From Macrostomum lignano (Eukaryota), in the NCBI GenBank assembly GCA_002269645.1, contig NIVC01001916.1, positions 124,001 through 188,000 on the forward strand: DNA of 64,000 nucleotides, written 5' to 3'. The first letter of the stretch is position 1; each line of letters opens with the position of its first letter. The notes beneath the pieces were generated by a model. That model did not search any database. It was not told the origin of the DNA and saw only the letters and a program-made list of their open reading frames with translations. The position numbers and the translations under genes were made by a program. Below, one piece after another: positions 21,155 to 51,600 of this stretch.

Positions 21155-23144
21155 TGATGGGTTTCGACCTTCCGGCCCCCTTGTGGGGAAGCCTTCGGGC
21201 CTCGGGTCTAAGAAATAAATCAATTAGAGTCCTGGCCCCCCACTCCTGTCAGATGGTCAGCCCCATGGTAGCTTGATCGTGTGGCGAGCAGTCTAGGTCC
21301 TATAGCTAAGAGAGGGACAGCGAGAGACGAGCAGGGAGAATTTTGAAAGTAGAAATTAGCTAATCCGCAGATCAACTAACCCGCTGCCACCAGCCCGTGC
21401 GCCCTGGCTCACCACACCGGGACTCTCGAAATCGGGCTTCCGACTAGAAGGGGCTTTGCACTTACCTGCCAACTAGTGTCTTTTTGCTGTCAATCTCGAA
21501 GTCATAGTCGATGATAAGGGACACTGCTGGGACTAGATCGCATTGGCCATGCAGGTACAGAGGGGACTTGTGCAGGGGATTCCTGCAGTGGCGAGACTAT
21601 GGGGTAGCTACATGTACTATTACATTGCTAAATACGAAGATATGTACTTTTGGCCTTCAACGCGCCAACCAGCCTCTCCTAGCGCTGATGATAGGCTAAC
21701 TCGAACTTCAGAGACCGCATGATTCATTACCCGAGCCGCTTGGCGAATCTAGAGTGCACAGAGTACATCTCTGGCGCCGATTCTGCACTCCTGGCAGCTT
21801 CGCTAACTGATTTGATAGATTGATCGACTGAGAATTGCCTTGCCATTGGTCCACTGTGACCGGCGCCTGCTAGCTTAGCCACTCATCTGAGCCATCGGCG
21901 AACAAAGAAATAAAACCGATAAAAATAACTGTTAGATTTAACCTTCTCCTTAGATCACTGCACACTTCAGATTGAATTGGAGTCTTAGACTACTGGCAGT
22001 ATTATTGAATGATTCCTGCCTCAGCAACAGCACTACTGAACAAAATGAGCAAAAGTGTGCGCCTAATTCAGCTACTGCAACAGGGGACAGATAAGGGATC
22101 ACCCAATCAAGCAAGTCTAGGTAGCCTCTCACCCAACCAATCAGAAACTCAACAGCCGGAGACCAGGAAATCCACAGTGACCGAATCGGCTTGATGCTTC
22201 GCAGCTGTAGACTCGGGATGATGCTGTCACAGTCTTCGCTGATAACTAGCAGGTGATGCTCTTAACTTTGATTTTCGCTGCTGATGACCGGGGGATTCGT
22301 CCTTGATGATGATGATGGGGGGAAGTCGCAATCCGGGGATCAAGAAACGACGGTCGCGCTCCGGGAACCAGAAGTTGCGTGCCGGGCCCGAGCAAGTCGG
22401 AGTCCGAGCAAGTCAAAAACACCGGTTTAAATAGCCGCCAACTGGACCGCAGTTTGTTATAATGGAACACGTAGATTCTGATTGGCTGAGCCGTTTTGTT
22501 AAAATGAGCGCCGAATTTTCTGATTGGCTAAGCTTGTTGCTACCCAGAATCACGTGACCGAGAGATCCTATCAGTTCCCACAGGGTCGTAAAAAGATGAC
22601 AGGTGCGGCCATAAATCACTCAAAATCGCAACAAAATGATTTATGACTTTTCGCGTAGGATTGACAGAAATTAATGAAAAAATACATTAGAAAGCTCTTA
22701 TTAAATAGAAAGTGAAGATAATGAAGAGAAATCGCTAATCGCTAATCCCAAGGTACTTTTAGGGGTAAAACGCATAGCTGTCAAAGCTGTCACACGCTTG
22801 AGTGAACCCGAACAATAGGCTCTGACCTCATAAATCTTGATGGCCTGTCAAAATGATGAGAAAAAAGCTACCGCCCGCATCCTCTCAGACCATCTGGCGC
22901 CCGCTTCAACACTGAGTGAGGCGCAGGTGGCTGTCAGACAAACTTTGAAAGCGATGATTTATGACCCAAAAAGCTGCGTCTATGTTATTATGACTACTAG
23001 TATGACCAAACATTGTATCTAGTATAGATTTCAATGACAATTCGCAGAAAAAGAATAAAAATGCCCTTGGCCTGCTGTCAGTAGGCTAGTAAGTTTAGAG
23101 CCCATGTGCTAGCGCGGGATTTGGGAAAAAGTGCGTCCTCATCA
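21155..23144. mobile_element. ~2-kb solo-LTR-like element, copy 1 (TGATG...CATCA)
   Basis: Colinear with 54922-56914 over its whole length. TG...CA ends with a 5-bp IR. TSD gata (extends to gatagata on both sides). No ORF, and no adjacent PBS or PPT. Confidence 0.75.
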
Positions 23145-23264
23145 GATAGATAAATAAGAAGAATAGACAAAGGAGAGGAGTGTATCTATGCGAGCGGATT
23201 GACAGCTTAGGGACCGCCCTGATCGGCTGGAAAAAGCAAATCGCACCTCCTGCAGCAGCTTTGG

Positions 23265-23625
23265 CGCCCCGTCTAATGAAATAGCGCCCCTTTCAAATGA
23301 AATGGCGCCCTCCAGGCTCCATCAAATAAAATGGCGCCCCTGTCAAAGGAAAGGGCGCCCTGCCTCGAATTAAATGGCGCGCTACATCAAATAAAATGGC
23401 GCCCTGCATTAAATAAAATGGCGCCCTGCATCAAATAAATGGCGCCCTGCATCAAGTAAAATGGCGCGCTACATCAAGTAAAATGGCGCCCTGCATCAAA
23501 TAAAATGGCACGCTACATCAGGTAAAATGGTGCCATGTCAAATAAAATGGCACCCTGTCAAATAAAATGGCGCCGTGTCAAATGCAATGGCGCCGTGTCA
23601 AATGAAATGGCGCCGTGTCAAATGC
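23265..23625. repeat. GGCGCC-core minisatellite (aaatggcgccctgcatcaaata)n
   Basis: Tandem degenerate units, related to the arrays at 24310-24970 and 63715-64000. Confidence 0.9.
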
Positions 23626-23970
23626 AATGGCGCATTCTTATCTACAATGAAGTGGCGCCACCAAACAATTGAACTTAGTACTCCACACCGAACTGAATTG
23701 TTGGAATCTCAAATTGAATTGCTACTTGTACATGCATTTCCACCGAATGTGTGTACACTGCAGGCCTGCAGCATTCACCAGCTTACATCATGCGTACACT
23801 ACCTGGGTTTGGCAGACTTCTCGTCTTTCTCTGTCGAACTACGAGCGTAATAAAAGACTAGTTTATGAAAGGAGAGAGAGAATACTGAATAGAATCTGTT
23901 GGGTTCAGTGCGTGTGGCATGATGCTTGCTGCGGCCCACCCCTTCATCATTCCCTCTGGGGCTGCCTTCG

Positions 23971-23984
23971 GTTGCCATGGCGAC
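23971..23984 (+). promoter_or_regulatory. RFX X-box-like motif GTTGCCATGGCGAC
   Basis: One mismatch from the palindromic X-box GTTGCCATGGCAAC. It is followed closely by a strong donor G|GTAAGC at 24001/24002. Confidence 0.45.
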
Positions 23985-24309
23985 GTCTGTAAACCAGACT
24001 GGTAAGCTTTCAACTTTATTCTTATCATTTTTATCGGTTTGAACTAGTTTAGGCGGAACCTATCTGGTCTTAACAGATTAAAGTTGCAGTTTGATGATGA
24101 GCTTGTCGGGTTCATTGCGTGTGCCACGTGACTCACCTGTGCGTACTTTATTACGCGTTCTCTAGAAGTTGTGATTCTCTTAGCTCTCTCTCTCCATGGC
24201 GGGTCTTCCTGCTGTTGCTGTCTCTACCCCCCAGACCCACCTGTCTCAGTGCCGTACGCAGGAATGTTAATTGGAGCGCCGCAACCCTAAGGCAAAATAT
24301 TTTGTGTTT

Positions 24310-24970
24310 TCGTGGGCGCCCTGTCTCTTGGATTTGGCGCCCCTGTCTCTTGGTTGGCGCCCCTGTCTCTTGGTGGGCCCCCCTGTCTCTTGGTGGGCGC
24401 CCCTGTCTCTTGGTGGGCGCCCCTGTCTCTTGGTGGGCGCCCCTGTCTCTTGGTGGGCGCCCCTGTCTCTTGGTTGGCGCCCCTGTCTTTTGGTGGGCGC
24501 CCCTGTCTCTTGGTGGGCGCCCCTGTCTCTTGGTTGGCGCCCCTGTCTCTTGGTTGGCGCCCCTGTCTCTTGGTTTGGCGCCCCTGTCTCTTGATGGGCG
24601 CCCCTGTCTCTTGGTTGGCGCCCCTGTCTCTTGGTGGGCGCCCCTGTCTCTTGGTTGGCGCCCCTGTCTTTTGGTGGGCGCCCCTGTCTCTTGTTGGGCG
24701 CCCCTGTCTCTTGGTTGGCGCCCCTGTCTCTTGGTTGGCGCCCCTGTCTCTTGGTTTGGCGCCCCTGTCTCTTGATGGGCGCCCCTGTCTCTTGGTTGGC
24801 GCCCCTGTCTCTTGGTTTGGCGCCCCTGTCTCTTGATGGGCGCCCCTGTCTCTTGGTTGGCGCCCCTGTCTCTTGGTTTGGCGCCCCTGTCTCTTGATGG
24901 GCGCCCCTGTCTCTTGATGGGCGCCCCTGTCTCTTGATGGGCGCCCCTGTCTCTTGAAATTGGCGCCCTT
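24310..24970. repeat. ~19-20-bp minisatellite (ggcgcccctgtctcttggt)n
   Basis: About 33 tandem units. Confidence 0.95.
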
Positions 24971-25276
24971 TGTCTCTTCATTCAGTTTTTGAAGGAGCGG
25001 CCCCTTGTGTGCACCACTGCTCTCTTCTTGGCTTCATCTCATCACTGAAATTTGGGGTACTAAATGAAGGTCATCTCCCTAGAATTGCCTCGCAAATTAA
25101 GCTCCAGATTTTATACTATTCATTGGTTGCAGCACTTAGTTTCATCAGGGGGGGGGGGGTTAGGGGTGACTGAGTATAAAAGTGAGTTGGACCGCCCTTG
25201 GGTTCACACAGTCTCATTGTTCCTGCTCTCAGACTCGCTGCTTGTGTAGGCAACAAACAATAGAACACAACTGACA

Positions 25277-29341
<4,065 letters not shown>

Positions 29342-29872
29342 GCTTTGCTGAGAACTGCGCCATTCTGAGAAATATGCCCAGCAACAGGAATTTTACACAG
29401 ATTATTTTGTACAGACCCAAAAAGTACTGCAGCGGCACCTTACCAAGTTGAATATTTCTCCGCAAGTGCATACTGCATACACTACTATATCAGTATTGAG
29501 TAGTAGCAATTGCCGGTTTTTTAATTCGCCTTAAATTTTTAGCACGTTTTTGACTAAGCAAACTTGGCAAAATGAAATTTTAAATTATCAGCATTGGGAA
29601 TATTTTTCTTATCTTTAGATTAGTAAATAATATTATTGTTCTCTTTGTTCTGATTAATATTGTTGTAGTAGTTACCGATAATCTACCCACGTATTTGTAT
29701 TAATTCTGCATCAAATTTTACACTTGTTTTAATGTCTGCAGTTTCAAAAATCAGTTAATTAAGCCAAAAAATATTAATATCAAAAATCGTTGTTGTTACT
29801 TGTGCTGATTTATTGATATAAGTTTAAAGATTATTGGGTGTCGATGCTTTTAAAAGGGACTGTTTTTGGAGC

Positions 29873-30811
29873 ATGGGGTTGTAGGGTGGGGTTGTAGGGT
29901 GGGGTTGTAAGGTGGGGTTGTAGGATGGGGTTGTAGGATGGGGTTGTAGGGTGGGGTTGTAGGGTGGGGTTGTAGGGTGATGTTTTAGGGTGGGGTTGTA
30001 GGATGGGGTTGTAGGGTAGGGTTGTAGGGTGAGGTTGTAGGGTGGGGTTGTAGGATGGGGTTGTAGGGTGGGTTGTAGGGTGGGTTGTAGGGTGGGGTTG
30101 TAGGGTGGGGTTGTAAGGTGGGGTTGTAGGATGGGGTTGTAAGGTGGGGTTGTAGGGTGGGGTTGTAGGGTGGGGTTGTAGGGTGATATTTTAGGGTGGG
30201 GTTGTAGGATGGGGTTGTAGGGTGGGGTTGTAGGGTGGGTTGTAGGGTGGGGTTGTAGGGTGGGGCTGTAGGACGGGCTGTAGGACGGGCTGTAGGATGG
30301 GGGCTGTAGGGTGGGCTGTAGGGTGGGCTGTAGGATGGGCTGTAGGATGGGCTGTAGGATGGGCTGTAGGATGGGCTGTAGGATGGGGCTGTAGGGTGGG
30401 CTGTAGGATGGGCTGTAGGATGGGCTGTAGGATGGGGCTGTAGGGTGGGCTGTAGGATGGGCTGTAGGATGGGGCTGTAGGATGGGGCTGTAGGACGGGC
30501 TGTAGGATGGGCTGTAGGATGGGCTGTAGGACGGGCTGTAGGATGGGCTGTAGGACGGGCTGTAGGATGGGGGCTGTAGGGTGGGCTGTAGGGTGGGCTG
30601 TAGGATGGGCTGTAGGATGGGCTGTAGGATGGGCTGTAGGATGGGCTGTAGGATGGGGCTGTAGGGTGGGCTGTAGGATGGGCTGTAGGATGGGCTGTAG
30701 GATGGGGCTGTAGGGTGGGCTGTAGGATGGGCTGTAGGATGGGCTGTAGGATGGGCTGTAGGATGGGCTGTAGGATGGGCTGTAGGATGGGCTGTAGGAT
30801 GGGCTGTAGGA
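29873..30811. repeat. G-rich 12-13-bp minisatellite (ggggttgtagggt / gggctgtaggat)n
   Basis: Reverse complement of the 27357-28150 unit, grading into a gggctgtaggat variant. Confidence 0.95.
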
Positions 30812-31213
30812 TGTCCAACTCGCCAGTCTGTGGTGCGCAAATACAACTTGAATGAAAGTGAACTTGTATAGAATTCTTGACGAGACACTCCGCAGTGTCG
30901 TTTCCTTTCAGGCGAAGCAAACAGAGACCTTACTTGATTGGGAACAAAGTTACTTTCTTCCCATAGTTAACAAGCAACCAAGCGGAGATCCAGCATTTAA
31001 ACGGAAACGCAAACATCACACAATAGGCAGGCTACATGGCTTTGCAGCAGACTGTGTCCCGGGAATTCGCATACACACCCATTGTAAGAATTCTGATCAA
31101 ACAAAGGATATCCGATGATACAGAGAGGTGAAAGTTTCAGCATCAAAATTGTATGAGATGCTAAAAATGTGAAAACTGACTGGAGCAGAAATCAGAAATC
31201 GCAAAGACGAGAT

Positions 31214-31507
31214 TAACCGAGCTGCACCGATCAGGCCCCAATGCTCTCCGGCTCCATACCGAGCTGCACCAATCAGTCCCCAATGCTCTCCGGCTCCATA
31301 CCGAGCTGCACCAATCAGTCCCCAATGCTCTCCGGCTCCATACCGAGCTGCACCAATCAGTCCCCAATGCTCTCCGGCTCCATACCGAGCTGCACCAATC
31401 AGTCCCCAATGCTCTCCGGCTCCATACCGAGCTGCACCAATCAGTCCCCAATGCTCTCCGGCTCCATACCGAGCTGCACCAATCAGTCCCCAATGCTCTC
31501 CGGCTCC
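31214..31507 (+). repeat. 42-bp tandem repeat containing the lectin start codon (7 ATG-bearing copies)
   Basis: ATGs at 31241, 31283, 31325, 31367, 31409, 31451 and 31493. Each unit encodes MLSGSIPSCTNQSP in frame. Confidence 0.95.
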
Positions 31508-32332
31508 ATCGTTCCCCTGCTGCTGCCGCTGCTGCTGCTCTGCCGACCTGCGACCTGCTGCACGCGGCCCGCCTCCTTCCACTCGATCCTCGCCTCCAAC
31601 TGCGTGTCGCCAGCCCACTACCAGCGGCTCGACCTGGACATCGCCAACTGCGCCTTTCGCTGTCGGGCAGCTCCGCGGTGCCGGGCCTTCGCCATGGAGG
31701 CCGGACACGCCTCGGACGCTCAGGTCTGCCTGCTGTTCTCCTTCGATGCCTGCAGCTCGCAGCTGCTGCTCGATCCCAGCTCGATGGCGAGCAGCGGCTG
31801 CGCCAGCCGGCAGCTCCGAGTCTTCGTCAAGCAGTCGGAGGGTCTCGAGCCGGGCCGGCTCTGTCCCGCCGACTATCGCTGGGTGTCCGGCGTCAGCGGC
31901 GGCAGCTTCAAGGGCTCGCTGTACAAGGCTGCTGGGAGCGGGCAGGAGGCCAGCTGGAGTGCTCAGGCCGACAGCTGCCGGAGCTTCTTGAGCAGCTCGG
32001 ACGGGTCCGCCATGCCGCTGACGAAGCTGGCCGATCTCGGCAGCGTCGAGGAGCTGCAGGACGTGAGGGCGTCGGCTGGACTTTCCAGCCAGGAAATCTG
32101 GGTTGGCGCTGCTGCTCTGGGCAACGGCAGCTGGGCGTGGGCGGACTGCGGCTGGCCGCTGCGGCTGCTGAGCGCTTCAGATGGCGGAGTCTGGAGTTCT
32201 GGCGCTCCCAACAATCCACCTAACTCCAACTTACGCGCTAGAATTCAAGGTTCTGGTCTGAACGACAAGCCAGATTCGTTTGAGTGCTACGGAGCCTGCG
32301 AGTGCCTGGACCCGTTCTGGAGCAACAATTGA
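31241..32332 (+). CDS. Intronless secreted PAN/apple-like plus C-type-lectin-like protein (effective start probably ATG 31493)
   Basis: Signal peptide MLSGSIVPLLLPLLLLC. PAN-type Cys pattern CAFRCRAAPRCRAF...CLLFS. CTLD motifs SW..QADSCRS, IWVGA, WAWAD, WSSGAPNN, LND, CEC. Confidence 0.8.
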   Translation: MLSGSIPSCTNQSPMLSGSIPSCTNQSPMLSGSIPSCTNQSPMLSGSIPSCTNQSPMLSGSIPSCTNQSPMLSGSIPSCTNQSPMLSGSIVPLLLPLLLLCRPATCCTRPASFHSILASNCVSPAHYQRLDLDIANCAFRCRAAPRCRAFAMEAGHASDAQVCLLFSFDACSSQLLLDPSSMASSGCASRQLRVFVKQSEGLEPGRLCPADYRWVSGVSGGSFKGSLYKAAGSGQEASWSAQADSCRSFLSSSDGSAMPLTKLADLGSVEELQDVRASAGLSSQEIWVGAAALGNGSWAWADCGWPLRLLSASDGGVWSSGAPNNPPNSNLRARIQGSGLNDKPDSFECYGACECLDPFWSNN

Positions 32333-33167
32333 ATTTCTTGGAAAACAAACTGTTCTGTTGACCATTTTTCAAACTTGGTGACGAATTGCAACTCATTGGT
32401 GCAAGCAAATATTGAGATCTTTACGTCTAAAAAGTTTAAATTCCAGCTAGCTTAGCTTAGTCTAGTTAGTCTAGTCTAGTCTAGCAAAACGCACTTCATG
32501 AAGCAGTATTGGAGAGGAGTGTACATCAATCAGTTTGCGCAATATCAGCATAGTTGTACCCCATGCTCTAATATGTTTTGTGTCCCCGTTACTCTGTGTT
32601 TCAAGCAAATATTCGGTTCGATCGTTTGATAGTGCTTTGATAGCAACAATGCCATGTGCTTTGATAGCAACAATCATGAAAAGTAGTCTGTCAAGATCGC
32701 ACAGTAATCTTCTAAGAATGTTCCATAAAGTTCTGGGATCAAATTTTCTAGAAACGGCGAGACCATTCTCGACAACCGAATAAATTTTATTCTACCTGAC
32801 GATGCTGTATGCTCAGCGAAACATGTGCAAAAGACACTAAAGTTTTAATTTTATTCGGCATTAATATCCACGTTAGTCCACGTTAGGGGTTGGCAAATAA
32901 AAATAAAACTAAAAATTCAACACTTCCCTTTAAAAATAAATCTTCTTTAAGCATCTTCTTTCGGCAAACTTTTATAGCATCTATTTGGTAGAGATAAAGT
33001 AAAATAGTAGTCATTATCAAACTACTCTACTGATTTGAGTAGAATGACGCAAAACTATTATGTAGTTTATAAGTGCAGAATTAAAAAGAAATAGTTCGCA
33101 AAAGAGTGAATTTTATACTAGTGAATGAAAATCTTGCCGGGTCGGATGTCATGGAGGTCATTTAAGG

Positions 33168-47748
<14,581 letters not shown>

Positions 47749-48688
47749 TGCCTGGCTTGTTGCTGGGATGTCGCTAAGCGAGTCCGGTCATGAATTGATT
47801 ATCTATTCGTTTTTAGTAATGCTACAAAAATGCAAAACTCATTAGCAGTCGCAAGATTTGAATAGCTTAATTGTATTAATTTGGGCGGACTAAATTGTAA
47901 AATATTTGTAAAAATCTAGGTAAAGTCTTTGAATATGTGACATTAGGTGTATATTTTGACAATTATATAAATACACAATATATAAATACATACATAATAC
48001 ACAAGTTATTTATATTGCCTATTGACTTTAGGTTTACATATATTTATTTCTTAGGATATCATATATGTAAAGGTATTATATTTGTGAATGAAGAACTGCC
48101 AGCAAAATAAATTAAAGTCAACAAAATTTAAATATAAAAAGTGCTTAAGTTGAACTTAAATCAGAACTTTGACACTCAAAAAAACAGAAGCGGGTCGGAG
48201 CAATAAAAAATCTAAGCTTGTGTTTCTGGTAATCTTAGGTAAGTAATACAATGCAAAAACAGTATGATGGACATTGGTTTTAGGTTTAGGAACAGTGGGT
48301 TGTGATGCAATCGCCTCGCTTTTTGGCCAATGCCACACCAATTTGGCTAACAACTTTTTTCTCTATAATTTTATACTGAAAGCTTTATTTTTGTCTTAGA
48401 AATATTTCTGTCTCCACCACCTTTCAGTTGTTTCTACGGAATGAACCATAATTATTGCTTAAAGAGCAAAATGAATTTAAAAATCACAGATGTAACGAAT
48501 GTTAAATACTCGTAGCTGTGTACACAAAACAAATTGTTTTACTTATAACACTTAGAAAAATGAATTATTGAGTTTATTGTGTTGGGTAATGCAAAAAATA
48601 CGTCTTTGATATTCTAATGCTTTGTTATTTTTTAATTTTGCAATCTATTTGTTGACTAATAATAATCCGGGTTTTTTAATGCTTACAT

Positions 48689-51600
48689 CACCCGACCAGC
48701 ATGGATTTAATCGGTAGAAAAGGTAAACGTTTTCTACGATTAGATAGGGTAGATGGCATGTCGACTGCCAGCATAACATGCTTTCCTTCTGATTAAAAGC
48801 GGACTGTATATACTTGTATTGGGCAGTTATGGGCGCAATTCAAAAGCTACGCACAACCAATATTATAATGGCTCGACATATTTAATTAGTATAGGGCATT
48901 GTGTTAGTATGTATGAATTCAAGACCTAGACTAATAAAGCAGTTGTGTCTAGAGTCGAAAACTTTGGAAATGTGTCGCCCTAGCTTGCACAAAAAGCCAT
49001 GTATGACATGACTGAATGAAATTTAATTAGGAGGTTAATGATTGTAAAATAAACTAGCTACTTGGACCTCTTGACAATGACAATAAGGATGAAATGGTCC
49101 TGTTGCAGGCAGATATTAATTGGCTTAAAAAAAGTAAAAGCTTGATGGCTAGCTAGCTAGGTGGCCTTGGCTCACCCAGTTATTGGCCTTATATTGGCCT
49201 TCTTATCAATATGTGGGCCATTTTGTATTGCATTCTGCTTTAATCTACTTTGTTTTTCTTCTTTATTGCCAGGTATTTAGTATAATTTTTTAGCTCTTAG
49301 TTGTATTCTTTATTTTAATATCACTCTATACTTGTACCATGAAAAGAAACACAAAAGGCCTTGTCAATTTTAGGCCTATGATAGGTAGCTAGCTATGTTA
49401 TTTTATTTTAGTAATAGGCCTATAGCTATTAAGAGTAGGCCTACTAAATTATTAGTCTATAAAATGTATATGGTCTAAAATAGGCTAGCTATTTTAGACC
49501 CTATTATATTTTATGCTTCTTGTCTAACAATCTAATAATTGTTGTAGGCCAATATTATGAAATGTATAGGCCTAGCTATAGAAAAAGAAAAAGAAGCCAA
49601 TAACCTTCCTAATGAATAAATTAATTAATATTAGTTCAGTTGTGTATTTACTTTATATTTATTGTCATATGAATTATATACTTATATTGCATTTAGCCTA
49701 GGCCTATCTACTCTAGTCTGCCTATCCTCTACCTATGTCTGTTCTCTCAATCATTATATTTTTACTTTTTCCCTCTCTTAATTCCTTTATTATCATGCTT
49801 CTCAATTATCTCCCATCTTTGCCCCTCCCCAATTCCCTCCTATCCTGCCTATCCCCCAATTCCCTCCTATCCTGCCCACCCCCAATTCCCTCCTATCCTG
49901 CCCACCCCCAATTCCCTCCTATCCTGCCCACCCCCAATTCCTTCCTATCCTGCCCATCCCCCAATTTCCGCCATCCTGCCCTTCAATCTTTTCACCCTTG
50001 GGTTTTAAGCTATAAACCCAAGGCAATTCAAAATCTAGAAATGGATTTCAAATTGGAAAATTGAATTCAGCATTTCAAGCACCTTTCAAAAAGGCGAAAC
50101 TATAGAGCTAGAAAATATGGAACTATTTAACTACCTTAAGTTCAATAAGTTATAGTTGGATATTGCCAACTCTTTTCCAGGTGCCTCTATCTAGCTAATG
50201 CTAACAAAAATGTTGCAAGGTGTACTTTAATATTATATTTGTTCTAGTAAGCAGTTTTTCTGTGTCTCCCATTCTACCCCACCTTTCCCTCCCGTTCTAC
50301 CCTTCCATTCCTTCCCATTCTACCCTCCATTCCCTCCCATTCTACCCCCACCATTCCCTCCCATTCTACCCTTCCATTCCCTCACATTCTACCCCCTCCA
50401 TTCCCTCCCATTCTACCCTTCCATTCCTTCCCATTCTACCCTTCTATTCCTTCCCATTCTACCCCTCCATTCCCTCACATTCTACCCCTCCATTCCCTCA
50501 CATTCTACCCTTCCATTCCCTCCCATTCTACCCTTCCATTCCCTCACATTCTACCCCTCCATTCCCTCCCGTTCTACCCTTCCATTCCCTCCCGTTCTAC
50601 CCTTCCATTCCCTCCCATTCTACCCTTCCATTCCCTCACATTCTACCCCCTCCATTCCCTCCCGTTCTACCCTTCCATTCCCTTCCCGTTCTACCCTTCC
50701 ATTCCCTCCTATTCTCTATACCCTCCTTATACCCTCAATACTCTCCCTATACCCTCTATACCCTCCATATACCCTCCGTATACTCTCCATACCCTCCATA
50801 TTTTTTCTATACCCATACATGGCCTCCTTGTACCCTCTATGCCTTCCATATACCCTCAATACTCTCCCTATACCCTCCATACCCTTCTATACCCATTCTT
50901 ACCCTCCATATACCCTCCATACCATCCCTATACCCTCCATACCATTCCTATACCCTCAATACCATCCCTATACCCTCCATACCATCCCTATACTCTCCTT
51001 ATAACCTCTCCATACCCTCCATACCCTCCATACTTTTTCTATACCCACCCATGGACTCCCTGTACCCTCTATGCCCTCCATATACCCTCCATACTCTCCC
51101 TATACCCTCCATACTCTCCCTATACCCTCCATACCCTTCTATACCCATTCATACCCTCCATATACCCTCCATACCATCCCTATACTCTCCTTATAACCTC
51201 TCCATACCCTCCATACCCTCCATACTTTTTCTATACCCACCCATGGACTCCCTGTACCCTCTATGCCCTCCCTATACTCTCCATACCCTCCTACTTTTCC
51301 TATCCTTCCCGCGTTATACTTTTCCCTATCCAGCCTCTACTATTCCCTCTTTCCACCTCCAGCGCCTCCCCCTCTCTAGCCCCTACCCTCTCTTCCTTTA
51401 CTTTCCAGCCCCCATCCTCTACTCCCCTCCAGCGCCCACCCTCTTCTCCATCAGCCCCTACCCTCTCCTCCACTCCAGCGCCCTCCCTCTCCTCCACTCC
51501 AGCGCCCTCCCTCTCCTCCACTCCAGCGCCCTCCCTCTCCTCCACTCCAGCGCCCTCCCTCTCCTCCACTCCAGCGCCCTCCCTCTCCTCCACTCCAGCG

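Noticed and set aside
21155-23144. Hammerhead ribozyme suggested by (C)TGATGAG and CGAAAC near the LTR-like ends and by CTGATGA..GAAAC at ~22271-22348
   Set aside because: Stem II does not pair properly, and the core nucleotides are not conserved between the two copies.
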